Assembly: GCA_965263485.1 (NCBI GenBank)
Contig: CBDHHO010000003.1
Span: 26,359 to 90,358 of the forward strand
Length of the DNA: 64,000 nucleotides
Direction of reading: 5' to 3'
From: Spirochaetia bacterium
Lineage (GTDB): Bacteria > Spirochaetota > Spirochaetia > SP-2023
Part shown: positions 10,893 through 21,759 of the stretch, one piece after another
Position numbering within the stretch: position 1 is the first letter of the stretch
How the letters are laid out: every line of letters starts with the position of its first letter
Made by a program: the position numbers and the translations under genes
The notes under the pieces: model-generated
Database searches by the model: none
Told to the model about the DNA's origin: nothing
Seen by the model: only the letters and a program-made list of their open reading frames with translations

Positions 10893-11611
10893 CGATTGAC
10901 AATGTTTCGGTTCGCCGGGGAAAAGCTGCCACACTTCGAAACATTACTTTGTCGACCGAAGCGGGCCAGACACTTGCCGTTGTCGGGGAGAGCGGCGCGG
11001 GCAAGTCAACACTTATCGCCGCAATTCTGGGCCTCGTCAATTTGACCAGTGGTGGAATAACCTGGAACGGGGCACCTGTTCGCTCCTGCCGCCCTTCTCT
11101 GGTGATGCAAGAACCCCGCGCTGCTTTCAATCCGGCAATTTCGTTGCAGCGATCGGTGATGGAGCCTTTGACGGGGCGCGGATTGAAGCTTTCCGCTGGC
11201 AGGTTGGAACGCTTGAGCGCTGAACTGGACTTGCCGCAAGAATTACTCGAACGGCGACCCGATGAAGTCTCTATCGGTCAGGCCCAGCGCGTCGGAATTT
11301 TGCGCGCCCTGATTGCCGAACCATCACTTGTTCTTTTTGACGAACCTTTATCCGCGCTCGATGCGGTGACGCAAAAACAAACGGCACGATTGATTTCTCA
11401 ATTGCAGGCAGAAGAAGGTTTTGCGGCGATTCTGGTGACTCATGATTTGGGATACGCGGCGGCGTTTGGTGACCAGATTGCAGTGCTAAGAAACGGCCGC
11501 CTTGAAGAAGTGGCGTCAACGCAGGATTTCATCCAGTCACCGAAGACCGAATATGGCCAAAGCCTGTGTGACGCGGCTTTTGCGCTCGGTTCGCTGGAGC
11601 GCGATGCCTGA
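10886..11611 (+). CDS. Peptide/nickel ABC ATP-binding subunit
   Basis: GESGAGKST, VSIGQAQR, FDEPLSALD, VTHDL. Confidence 0.9.
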   Translation: MLTIDNVSVRRGKAATLRNITLSTEAGQTLAVVGESGAGKSTLIAAILGLVNLTSGGITWNGAPVRSCRPSLVMQEPRAAFNPAISLQRSVMEPLTGRGLKLSAGRLERLSAELDLPQELLERRPDEVSIGQAQRVGILRALIAEPSLVLFDEPLSALDAVTQKQTARLISQLQAEEGFAAILVTHDLGYAAAFGDQIAVLRNGRLEEVASTQDFIQSPKTEYGQSLCDAAFALGSLERDA

Positions 11612-12546
11612 TGCGCATTCTGCTTGAATTTCTGGTGCGCGCACTCGTGGTTCTGGGCGGCGTGGCCCTAGTTACATTCGCGCTTCTTTGGAACGCGCCA
11701 GGGGATCCGGCTCTCGCAATCGCGCTGGCACGGTACGATGCGATCGTTTCTCCCGAAATTGTCGCTCAGATCAGGGCGGAGGCAGAACTGGATCGCGGCT
11801 TCTGGACAGCATTTTTGGGCTGGACAGGGCCACTTCTCAGAGGCGATTTTGGCAACTCGTCCGTGACGGGTCGCCCGGTATGGCCGGAACTGGCAAATGC
11901 CGCATCCTACACAGTGCCGCTTGCTTTTGCCGCACTGGCTGTCGGACTGGTTCTGGCGATTTGCCTTGCCTTTATGGCTGCTGGACGTTCCGGCGGATGG
12001 ATAGATCGTTTGGCAGTGGCGCTTGCATCTCTTGGGACTGCGATACCCTCCTTCTGGCTCGGCCTGCTGCTCATATGGCTGTTTGCCGTTCAACTTTCCT
12101 GGCTTCCCGCGATGGGCGCGAGAACTCCAGCCCACGCCATCCTTCCGGCACTAACACTGGGACTGGGTGTCACTGCTTCCCTAACCCGCATCATCCGCTC
12201 CGGCATTCTTGAAGCCCGCGCTATGGCTTTTCTTCCCGCTTTTCAACGACGGGGCGTCCGTCAATCCGCAATTGGCCGCGACCATGTTGCGCCCCATGCC
12301 GCCATTCCTGTGATCACAGTCGCCGGCCTCGAACTGGCCTTTCTTCTGGAAGGTTTGGTGGTTGTTGAGGTTATCTTTGCCAGACCTGGCCTTGGAAGCC
12401 TTCTCGTGGACGCTATTTTCTCCCGCGACTTTCCTGTCGTGCAGGCCGTTGTGGTTGTCACAGCACTCATTTTTGTCACAATCAATCTGCTGATTGATCT
12501 TTTCTACCGCCTCATTGATCCCCGTATCGGAGAAAGGGATGCGTAG
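11611..12546 (+). CDS. ABC permease (NikB/DppB type)
   Basis: APGDPA, GDFGNS, IPSFWLG, EVIFARPGLG, RDFPVVQ, IDPRI. Confidence 0.9.
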   Translation: MRILLEFLVRALVVLGGVALVTFALLWNAPGDPALAIALARYDAIVSPEIVAQIRAEAELDRGFWTAFLGWTGPLLRGDFGNSSVTGRPVWPELANAASYTVPLAFAALAVGLVLAICLAFMAAGRSGGWIDRLAVALASLGTAIPSFWLGLLLIWLFAVQLSWLPAMGARTPAHAILPALTLGLGVTASLTRIIRSGILEARAMAFLPAFQRRGVRQSAIGRDHVAPHAAIPVITVAGLELAFLLEGLVVVEVIFARPGLGSLLVDAIFSRDFPVVQAVVVVTALIFVTINLLIDLFYRLIDPRIGERDA

Positions 12547-13333
12547 TGTAGCCGTTCTGTTCGCCTGCCTGGTTTTACTGGTTCTTTTCGGGCCGATGCT
12601 TGCGCCCTGCGATCCAGCGGCCATCGACATTCCAAACCGCCTGCGCCCACCGGGAACAACTTGGCTTTTGGGAACCGACGCCTTCGGTCGGGACATCTTG
12701 TCCCGGCTGCTTCACGGTGCCCGCTGGTCTCTGGGGCTTGCTTTCCTCATTTCGGTCATCGGACTTTTTGTTGGAACCCTTGTCGGGCTCGCTGCGGCAC
12801 TCGGGGGCAAATATGCTGACTGGCTGGTGATGCGCGCAACCGACACTTTTCTTGCTTTTCCCGAGCTGGTTGCCGCTGTGGTTATCGCGGGTTTGCTTGG
12901 TTCCGGTACCGGGGGCCTGATCCTGGCACTTAGCGTGGTCGGCTGGATGCGGTATGCGCGGGTAGCCAGAGGAATCGGCCTGTCGCTCGCTACGCGCGGT
13001 TATGTTGTTCAAGCGAAACTCGCAGGCCTTTCGGCGCTGTCGATTGCGCGATGGCATTATCTTCCATCTCTCGCGCCATCTCTTGCGGTCGTCTGGACCG
13101 GAATGTTCGCCCGCGCAATCCTGGGCATATCCACGTTGGGCTTTCTGGGGTTTGGCGTTCAACCGCCACTGCCAGAATGGGGAACCATGTTGCTTGATGC
13201 CCGCATCCACATGCGGTCAACCCCCCTGCTGATGATTTGGCCTGGCCTTGCGGTGCTGATTTGTGTGTTGAGCATTAATCTGGTCGGTGACGCATTGCGG
13301 GACAGACTGGCTGTCAAGAGGCAAGACACATGA
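12539..13333 (+). CDS. ABC permease (NikC/DppC type)
   Basis: LGTDAFGRDILSRLLHG, LGFGVQPPLPEWG, NLVGDALRD; ATG 12539 overlaps the upstream gene. Confidence 0.9.
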   Translation: MRSVAVLFACLVLLVLFGPMLAPCDPAAIDIPNRLRPPGTTWLLGTDAFGRDILSRLLHGARWSLGLAFLISVIGLFVGTLVGLAAALGGKYADWLVMRATDTFLAFPELVAAVVIAGLLGSGTGGLILALSVVGWMRYARVARGIGLSLATRGYVVQAKLAGLSALSIARWHYLPSLAPSLAVVWTGMFARAILGISTLGFLGFGVQPPLPEWGTMLLDARIHMRSTPLLMIWPGLAVLICVLSINLVGDALRDRLAVKRQDT

Positions 13334-14241
13334 ACGAGACAGATCGACCGGGTCTTGGCATTGCTCTTCGCATTCTATCGGGTGTGTTCTCTGCGGGAAT
13401 GTACGTCACTGTGAAGGCGGTAAGCAACGACATACCCCTTGGTGAAATTGTCTTTTTCCGCTCATTTTTCGCACTTGCGCCCTTGATATTGTTTCTTTGG
13501 GTGAGACATGAATTTCCACATGGCCTGGCAACCAAAAGACCTCTAGATCATTTTCTGCGGGCGAGTTTCGGGGTTATGGCACTATTTGGTACTTTTGCCG
13601 CTATCGCCCGGCTGAATGTGGCGGAAGCTGTCCTGATCGCCCAATTGTCGCCCGTGATCATGGCCGTTGCGGCGGTACCCGTCCTGTCGGAACGATTGAC
13701 CATCTGGCGCATCGCCGGCTTGGCACTCGGCTTTGCCGGTGTCATTGTACTGGTTTGGCCGGAATTGAGAGCGGGCGGTGCAAGCGGTGCACGGCTGACT
13801 GGTTATATCATCGCACTTTGTTCTGCAGTTCTTATAGCGTTCGCGCTTCTTGTGGTACGCAGCCTCAACACAACCGAAAGCCCGGGTGCCATTGCATTCT
13901 ACTTCGTTCTTGCCGCCATTATCGGTTCGCTTTTTACCCTTCCCCGGGGTTGGGTTTATCCCGATGGACAATCATTGTTACTTCTGATTGCCTGCGGGCT
14001 ATTTGGCGGCTTCGCCCACATCTCCATGACATTGGCGTTCCGCTATGCTGAAGCTTCCCGCCTTGCCCCTTTCGAATATATCGCCATTCTTTGGCCAGTC
14101 GCCGCTGATCTGTTGATCTTTCGATTGCCACTTGCCACTAGCTTTCTGCTCGCCGCGCCGCTTGTACTCGTAGGTGCTGTGGTTGCTGCCAGTGAGGGCA
14201 AGCGCAAGATGAATGGCGGAAAAAGCCAGGCGAAACGCTGA
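13330..14241 (+). CDS. DMT/EamA-family transporter
   Basis: About 10 TM segments, EIVFFRS, AEASRLAPFEY. Confidence 0.85.
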   Translation: MNETDRPGLGIALRILSGVFSAGMYVTVKAVSNDIPLGEIVFFRSFFALAPLILFLWVRHEFPHGLATKRPLDHFLRASFGVMALFGTFAAIARLNVAEAVLIAQLSPVIMAVAAVPVLSERLTIWRIAGLALGFAGVIVLVWPELRAGGASGARLTGYIIALCSAVLIAFALLVVRSLNTTESPGAIAFYFVLAAIIGSLFTLPRGWVYPDGQSLLLLIACGLFGGFAHISMTLAFRYAEASRLAPFEYIAILWPVAADLLIFRLPLATSFLLAAPLVLVGAVVAASEGKRKMNGGKSQAKR

Positions 14242-14924
14242 ACGCCGGTGCGAAGCAGACATTTGTCGAGCTTTGGCAAAAAATATTCGAGGATGAACGA
14301 TCCTCAAGTCAAACGGATCGGCTACCCCCTGAATTGTACGTGTTTTCAGATTAGCTTGTTCCCCGACAAAGGAGACAGGCAATGAAACGGTCACGGTAAA
14401 CAAGAGAGCGATAATAAAAGTAAAAACGTGCGATAAGTCGGGGAACGGTGCGAATAGCTGAGGCAGAAAAACACACGGAATGTGTGCATTCACCACAAAC
14501 GGCCCCGGCTGGTTTTGCTGTCGGTTTTGCACGGGCTGTGTGTATTGTTCACTGCTGGCCGTCACTTCCAGGGTTGTTCGCCGAGCTGTCTGGCGGTCAC
14601 TGGCAGGCCTCGCAGTCGGTGTCGGTAAGGGGGCAGGCCGGGCTGGCGGCGGCGGGTTGGCGATTAAAAACAATGCGGATAAAACGGCAATGAAATCGAA
14701 GTACCGGACTGGGCGTGATTGTCAAGGACAGCCTCGCAAGAAAAGCAAATTTTTAGGGATTTTCTTACAATCTTCTTGCCCTCCGTTGGGAAATCATATA
14801 TTCTTTGAGGAGGTTCGTCTATTTTATAATCCTATTTCATCTTTTATCAAAACCATTCTGACCTTGGTCAGAATATCATATTTATGCGTTATTTCGCGTA
14901 ATAATACAATAGGAGTATTGCACT

Positions 14925-15681
14925 ATGGAACACAAGTTCAGTAAAATTCGCTCATCGCTCATCGCTCATCGCTCATCGCTCATCGCGTGAATCAAGGCTA
15001 TACTGCAGGAAAATATATTTTTCTGCGGTCTTTTTGCGCCTGTTTCTCCTCCTGCTCTTTCCGGCCCTCCTGCTCGGCTGCGACCCGCCCGGCGGATCCG
15101 GCGGAGGCTCCGCCCCAAACCCGCCTGCCCCGCCGCCCGAAGAGGCGGATTCCCCGCCCTCGCCACCACCACCCACTTTGCTTGAGCGTCTGGTCAAAGC
15201 CAGCCCTGTTGCTGTTGCTAGAGGGATTGCCCGTAGTTCGCTGACTTTTGCGGACGATGGCTCTTTCAAGGTATCCCATAAAGAGTACACCACCGGTTTG
15301 CCCGATAATAAACCTATCAGCGAACAAAGTATTGAGGATATTGCCAAAGTCCAGGGAGAGGAGTACTCAAACCTTCGTGTTCTCAACAGTAATACTCCTG
15401 ATTTTGTGGTGGAACATAATAGTCTGAATTATTACCGCCTCACAGATGAGAGACTGGAGGTGAGTCTGGTAAAAGCATTTGCTATAGTTGATATTTCGTA
15501 TATTCAAGTGTACAAACTGCTTATTGAGGGCAATAATATCAGCCTGACGAAAATGCGATATTATGGTAGGCAGCCTGGTGGAAGTGTATCGACTTATGCT
15601 GCTGCTCAGTCTTTTGCCGCAGAAATTGCTGGAAAGAGTGATAACGTTGATTTCGTAATGCAATATTCAGGAAGTTTTTAG
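14925..15681 (+). CDS. Surface lipoprotein with Pro-rich tether; out of frame at the SSR (phase-variable, OFF state)
   Basis: AGGAG 14911, ATG 14925; lipobox LLG-C; with 4 or 7 repeats the frame reads through to 15681. Confidence 0.75.
14948..14986 (+). repeat. Heptamer SSR (TCGCTCA)x5 + TCGC
   Basis: Perfect tandem repeat 23 nt after ATG 14925. Confidence 0.95.
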
Positions 15682-15699
15682 GATTTTAAAGCGCGAGTA

Positions 15700-15732
15700 A
15701 AACCTGTAAGGTTTTGAAAACCCTGCAGGTTT
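15700..15732. repeat. Palindromic REP-like/terminator hairpin
   Basis: AAACCTGTAAGG-TTTTGAAAAC-CCTGCAGGTTT between convergent ORFs. Confidence 0.55.
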
Positions 15733-15754
15733 GGGCATGATTGCCGGGAACAGC

Positions 15755-16047
15755 CTATCCCGTCACCACATCAATACCAAACCCCGGCCAGTAAAAGGAT
15801 AATGAAGAAGTTGGACTACAATTGGATTTTTCATAGATTACCTGTAAAACCGGACCGCTAGACCCTAGTCTCGAATCTGTGAGGCCCTGAACACCATGCA
15901 TAAGGTCATAATAGTTCCTTGTTCCAAACTTACCCGTAAATAAGACCGAGCGATCAGCCCCTGGATTCAAACTCTCATAGTCCGACTGCGGATATTGCAA
16001 TCTTAGCGCATTATAATTACTGGGATTCCCCTGATACAAAATAAGTA
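15755..16047 (-). pseudogene. 3' remnant of an unknown gene, cut by IS1595
   Basis: Open frame that begins at the IS left end. Confidence 0.4.
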
Positions 16048-16075
16048 GGGTCTTGACTATCTAAGAAGATCTTGA

Positions 16076-16239
16076 GGGAACCTCTAAAAATTCCAATTCC
16101 GCGCTGAATCGCGATCTTGTTGCCGAATAGCTTCGTCAGCAAAACCTTACCATACAACAAAGTATGCTTCGGCTTCACTTCCTCGCTATCGGCAAAATCT
16201 CGCTGATTCAGCATCAAAAGCGAATTTTTAGAGGTGCCC
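16076..16239. mobile_element. MITE nested inside IS1595
   Basis: GGGAACCTCTAAAAA / TTTTTAGAGGTGCCC with TTGA on both flanks. Confidence 0.9.
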
Positions 16240-16267
16240 TTGATTCTCTCTAAAAGTCGGGGAGAGA

Positions 16268-16939
16268 ATGAAAAATAAATATTTTTATCGTTCACGGATT
16301 TCAGAAGCAAAATTTAGAGATATTGTCCGTTGTTTTACCAACGACATTGATGCTTCAAAAACAGCCATATTCTGCAGCATTAATCGAAATACAGTCAATT
16401 CAATCTATCAAAAAATACGATTGAAAATTACTCAGCTAAGTATTGATGCTCACCGGGAAGTCGGTGATTTTGAAGTTGACGAATCGTACTTTGGCGATGC
16501 GCAGAGTCCGGGGAAAACGGGACGTGGTGCCGCAGGTAAAACCCCTGTGTTTGGTATATTAAAGCGTGATGGCAAGGTTTTTATTAATGTTGTTAAGAAC
16601 TGTACAAAAGAAAAGTTATTACTTATAATTGAGGGTAGAGTTTTAGAAAGATCAACAATTTACTCAGATGGCTGGAAAGCATATGATGGACTGGTATTAA
16701 ATAGGTATAAACATTATCGTGTATACCATAGTCACAATGAATTTGCAAGAGAAAAAAGCCATATTAATGGGATTGAATCTTTCTGGAGCTTTGCAAAAAG
16801 GAGATTAGCTAAATTTAATGGTTTATCAGATGAGACTTTTCATTTACACCTTAAAGAGTGTGAATATAGATGGAATTATCGCGACCAGGATCTATACCAA
16901 ATCCTGTTGAAGTTACTTAGAGAATCACCTCTTAACTAG
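16268..16939 (+). CDS. IS1595-family DDE transposase
   Basis: EVDESYFG, YSDGWKAYDGL, HINGIESFWS, HLKECEYR. Confidence 0.92.
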   Translation: MKNKYFYRSRISEAKFRDIVRCFTNDIDASKTAIFCSINRNTVNSIYQKIRLKITQLSIDAHREVGDFEVDESYFGDAQSPGKTGRGAAGKTPVFGILKRDGKVFINVVKNCTKEKLLLIIEGRVLERSTIYSDGWKAYDGLVLNRYKHYRVYHSHNEFAREKSHINGIESFWSFAKRRLAKFNGLSDETFHLHLKECEYRWNYRDQDLYQILLKLLRESPLN

Positions 16940-17183
16940 TCAAGACCCTTTCTTTTATTCCAGAAGTAAGCGGCTTCAGTAACTTGGGCGGCGCACTGTT
17001 GATTCTGTTCGCCTTCGGGAAGAAGCAAAATTGCCGAGGCGAAGCAGGGTAATAGCACAATACCCACAGAAAGCGACACCCTTTTTTAGAGCAACCATAA
17101 TTTTTGACTCCCCCAAAAACCAAATGGAACCGGGACTCCGCTGCGGCTTTTTTCTCCAGCCTCCGAGAAGGGTTATCTTTTAA

Positions 17184-18713
<1,530 letters not shown>

Positions 18714-18782
18714 ACGCCAAAATCTGCTCTAAGGGACCCCTAAAGTTTTTGTTGGTGAATTTATAGATTATAAGGACACATT

Positions 18783-20387
18783 ATGACCACATATGACGTG
18801 GCCATCATTGGTGCTGGAGTGCTGGGAGCAGCAATCGCACGCGAACTTTCCCACTACGAGCTGGCTATCCTGTGGTTGGAAAAAGCCGGAGATGTGGCCA
18901 CGGGTATCACACGGGGCAACACCAGCATTGTGCACAGCGGTTTTGACGATGCTCGGGGCTCGGTCAAAAGCCGCTACTCGCCCCAAGGGGCGGCTTTATT
19001 CGAAGAGTTAGACCGGGAGCTGCGCTTTGGTTTTCTCAAGTGCGGTTCGCTGGTCGTGGCTTTGAATAACGAAGAGCAACCCCGGCTCGAAGCCCTGTTG
19101 GCCAATGGCCAGAACAACGGAGTACGCGGTTTGGAACTATGGGGACGCGAACAGCTGCTGGAGCGCGAACCCAAGCTGAACCCGGAAGCCTGCTTTGCCA
19201 TGTACGCCCCTAAGAGTGGAGTGGTGATTGCCCCGGAATTCTGCATCGCCCTAGCCGAAAATGCGGTTGCCAACGGCGCAGAGCTGCATTTAAACGAGAA
19301 ACTGCGGGCCACCCATGCACAGAGTTCCGGGGGATACACGCTGGAAACGGCACGGGGCAGCTATCGTTGCCGCTATCTGGTCAATGCTGCAGGCTGGGGT
19401 GCGGCAGCGATCTCGGATTTGATCGCGAGCAACGGGCAAAGCAGCAAAAAAAAGGAGTCCTTGCGGGCCGGGCTCGACTACGAACTGGAGGCGGTCAAGG
19501 GCCAGTACCTGGTCTTTGACCGCAGCTGCGGCCAACTGGTCAAGCACGTGCTTTTCCCCCTGCCCGACAAAAAGAAGGGCAAAGGCGTAACAGTCTGTCC
19601 TACTTACCACGGCAACCTGCTGCTCGGCCCCGATGCGGAAATCGTGGCAGAATCATGGGAACAGACAGAAAAAATTTCGGATCTCTCAACTCAGCTGGAA
19701 CGCTTGCAAGGCATTTATCGGCAAGGGCTGCGCTTGGTACCAGGCATTCCACACTCCAAAGTGATTCGCAGCTACGCCGGCATGCGACCCCGCCTGAAGC
19801 GCCTGAATCCTTCTCTTTGCCAAAAGGGAGAGGTGCCTTATGGCGATTTTCTGATCCACTACCGGGCAGACTGCTGCGAACTGTTGGGCATCGCCTCGCC
19901 AGGGCTCAGCTCAGCCCCGGCAATCGCCCGCGAGATGGCGGAGAAACTGGCAGTTCGGAGGCGTGAACAAGGGCAGAGCTGGTATAAAAAAAACCACTTT
20001 CTGCACGAACGAACGCCATATATTAGCAGCCAACGCGACAAAGTTCTGATACCAGTACGCGAACTGAAACACTACACCGAGCTGCCCCTGAACGACCCCG
20101 AATGTCTGATCTGTCGCTGTGAACAGGTTAAAAGCAGCACAATTCAACAAACATTGCGCCGCTTCCCCACACCCTTGGGCGATGGGAAGGCTCTAGCAAG
20201 CAATTTGGACTTCATTAAATGGCGCACCCGTGCCACTATGGGTTTCTGTCAGGGACAGTTCTGTAAACCGAGGCTCCGGAGCTTGCTTGCGGAGCTGATG
20301 CAGCTGGATGTTTCACAGATTGTCGAAGCTCAAGGCCGCGATTGGCCGCGTGTAAGTGCCGAAGTACTGCGGCGCGAGCTCAGCTGA
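18783..20387 (+). CDS. FAD-dependent oxidoreductase with BFD-like [2Fe-2S] tail, probable glycerol-3-phosphate dehydrogenase
   Basis: IIGAGVLG, NTSIVHSG, ICRCE, MGFCQGQFC; adjacent to glpK. Confidence 0.85.
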   Translation: MTTYDVAIIGAGVLGAAIARELSHYELAILWLEKAGDVATGITRGNTSIVHSGFDDARGSVKSRYSPQGAALFEELDRELRFGFLKCGSLVVALNNEEQPRLEALLANGQNNGVRGLELWGREQLLEREPKLNPEACFAMYAPKSGVVIAPEFCIALAENAVANGAELHLNEKLRATHAQSSGGYTLETARGSYRCRYLVNAAGWGAAAISDLIASNGQSSKKKESLRAGLDYELEAVKGQYLVFDRSCGQLVKHVLFPLPDKKKGKGVTVCPTYHGNLLLGPDAEIVAESWEQTEKISDLSTQLERLQGIYRQGLRLVPGIPHSKVIRSYAGMRPRLKRLNPSLCQKGEVPYGDFLIHYRADCCELLGIASPGLSSAPAIAREMAEKLAVRRREQGQSWYKKNHFLHERTPYISSQRDKVLIPVRELKHYTELPLNDPECLICRCEQVKSSTIQQTLRRFPTPLGDGKALASNLDFIKWRTRATMGFCQGQFCKPRLRSLLAELMQLDVSQIVEAQGRDWPRVSAEVLRRELS

Positions 20388-20506
20388 TGGGAAATTTCTC
20401 AGAAACCGTTCGGAACCTTTATTGCCGTTCTCACAGCAATAGCAAGGGACTCTAAATGCATCCATTACGAAACCTCCGAGGCGGGGCACAAACTCCGGAA
20501 CATATC

Positions 20507-20553
20507 TTTTAAAGGTACCCTTTAAAGGATATACATTAGGGTACCTCTAAAAA
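20507..20553. repeat. Degenerate back-to-back MITE ends
   Basis: TTTTAAAGGTACCC and GGGTACCTCTAAAAA. Confidence 0.6.
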
Positions 20554-20589
20554 GATTGCCCGGACAGTTTCCGGGAGGAGAAAGGGCGG

Positions 20590-21590
20590 ATGGAGCTTAC
20601 TGTAAACAGAAGATTCGGTGGCTCAAAGCGCAGTTGACGACTGCTGAATTACAAGCATTGAACCAACGCAGCGATCGGCTGGGGCTGCTCCAGTCTGTAG
20701 GCTACCTCGCAGTTTTGAGCGCTACCGGATTCCTTTCCTGGTGGTGCTACGGCACCCGGCGATGGGTTGCCATGTCGCTGCTGCTCTATCTTCATGGAGG
20801 CCTCTTTGCTTTTTCAATCAATGGCATCCACGAGTTGAGCCATAATACGGTATTCCGTTACCGATATCTCAATTCGTTATTCAGAGTGCTCTATGGCCTG
20901 CTTTTCTTTGGCTCCAACCCCTACCTATTTAACTTGAGTCATCGCCTGCACCATCGCTACACCCTCTATAGAGATAGCGATGGCGAAGAAGTACACCCGC
21001 GCCGCTATGGCAGGCGGGAAATAGCAAAGAGCTGCTGCTCTCTGATCAGCCTGGTGGGGCTCTTATCTACATTCCACAGCACTTTTGTTCTCTCTGCTTT
21101 GCCCCTTGAGCACAACCGCCACCTGAGTGACTGGAACAAATACATCCTGACTGAGGCAAAAGCTTCAGAGAAGCGGGCCGTTCAGCGAATGGCCCGGGCG
21201 CAATTATTCGTTCATCTACTGTGGATGCTTTATGCCATAAGCAACGGGCATTGGTTCCTGTTGCTGCTGACCACGGGAGCCCCTTTTTATGGTGCTAGGT
21301 GGTACCAAAACCTGATAAACAATACCCAGCATGTCGGCATGCGAGCAGGAGTTCCTGATTACCGCCTCAACAGTCGTTCGATCCGGCTGGATTTGGCAAC
21401 ATCTTTTCTGTACTGGCATATGGGATAGCACATTGAGCATCACAGCTATGCTTCGGTACCGTGCTATCGTCTGAGAGAACTTTCCCGCAGGCTGGGAGAA
21501 CAGTTGCCTGAGAGGAAGGGCCTGATCCAAGCCGCAAGGGAAATGATCCAGCACTCGCTACAAAGGCAGTACTCAAAATTGGAATTTTGA
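20590..21590 (+). pseudogene. Fatty-acid desaturase family pseudogene
   Basis: His boxes HELSH, HRLHH, HIEHH; in-frame TAG 21426-21428 before the third box; RBS-led ATG 20590 is out of frame. Confidence 0.85.
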
Positions 21591-21644
21591 GTACTGCCCT
21601 ATCTTCCTCAGCAGGATTTTTCTCCGGGCTCCCCCGCAAAAATA

Positions 21645-21717
21645 TCGGGCTGGGCGGATTCGAACCGCCGACCACAAGTCCCCCAGACTTGTACGCTAAC
21701 CTCTGCGCTACAGCCCG
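21645..21717 (-). tRNA. tRNA-Pro(GGG), CCA not encoded
   Basis: CGGGCTGTAGCGCAG...CAAGT-CTGGGGG-ACTTG...GGTTCGAATCC..CAGCCCGA cloverleaf. Confidence 0.95.
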
Positions 21718-21759
21718 CAATCAAATGTCGGCACATGATTGTCAGAACCGCTTTGAGGG

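Larger units (their letters stand above)
16048..16948 (+). mobile_element. IS1595-family insertion sequence (IS1016-like)
   Basis: IRs GGGTCTTGACTATCTAAG / CTTAACTAGTCAAGACCC enclosing a transposase. Confidence 0.9.

Noticed and set aside
13999-14944. Pro-rich ORFs between the DMT gene and the lipoprotein
   Set aside because: No recognisable motif or clear start; overlapping frames on both strands; at most a remnant
21426-21428. Pyrrolysine or stop-codon reassignment
   Set aside because: TAG ends many normal genes here, and the gene has a second lesion at its 5' end
21645-21717. tRNA-Pro as an island integration site
   Set aside because: No duplicated tRNA 3' end or integrase seen in the window
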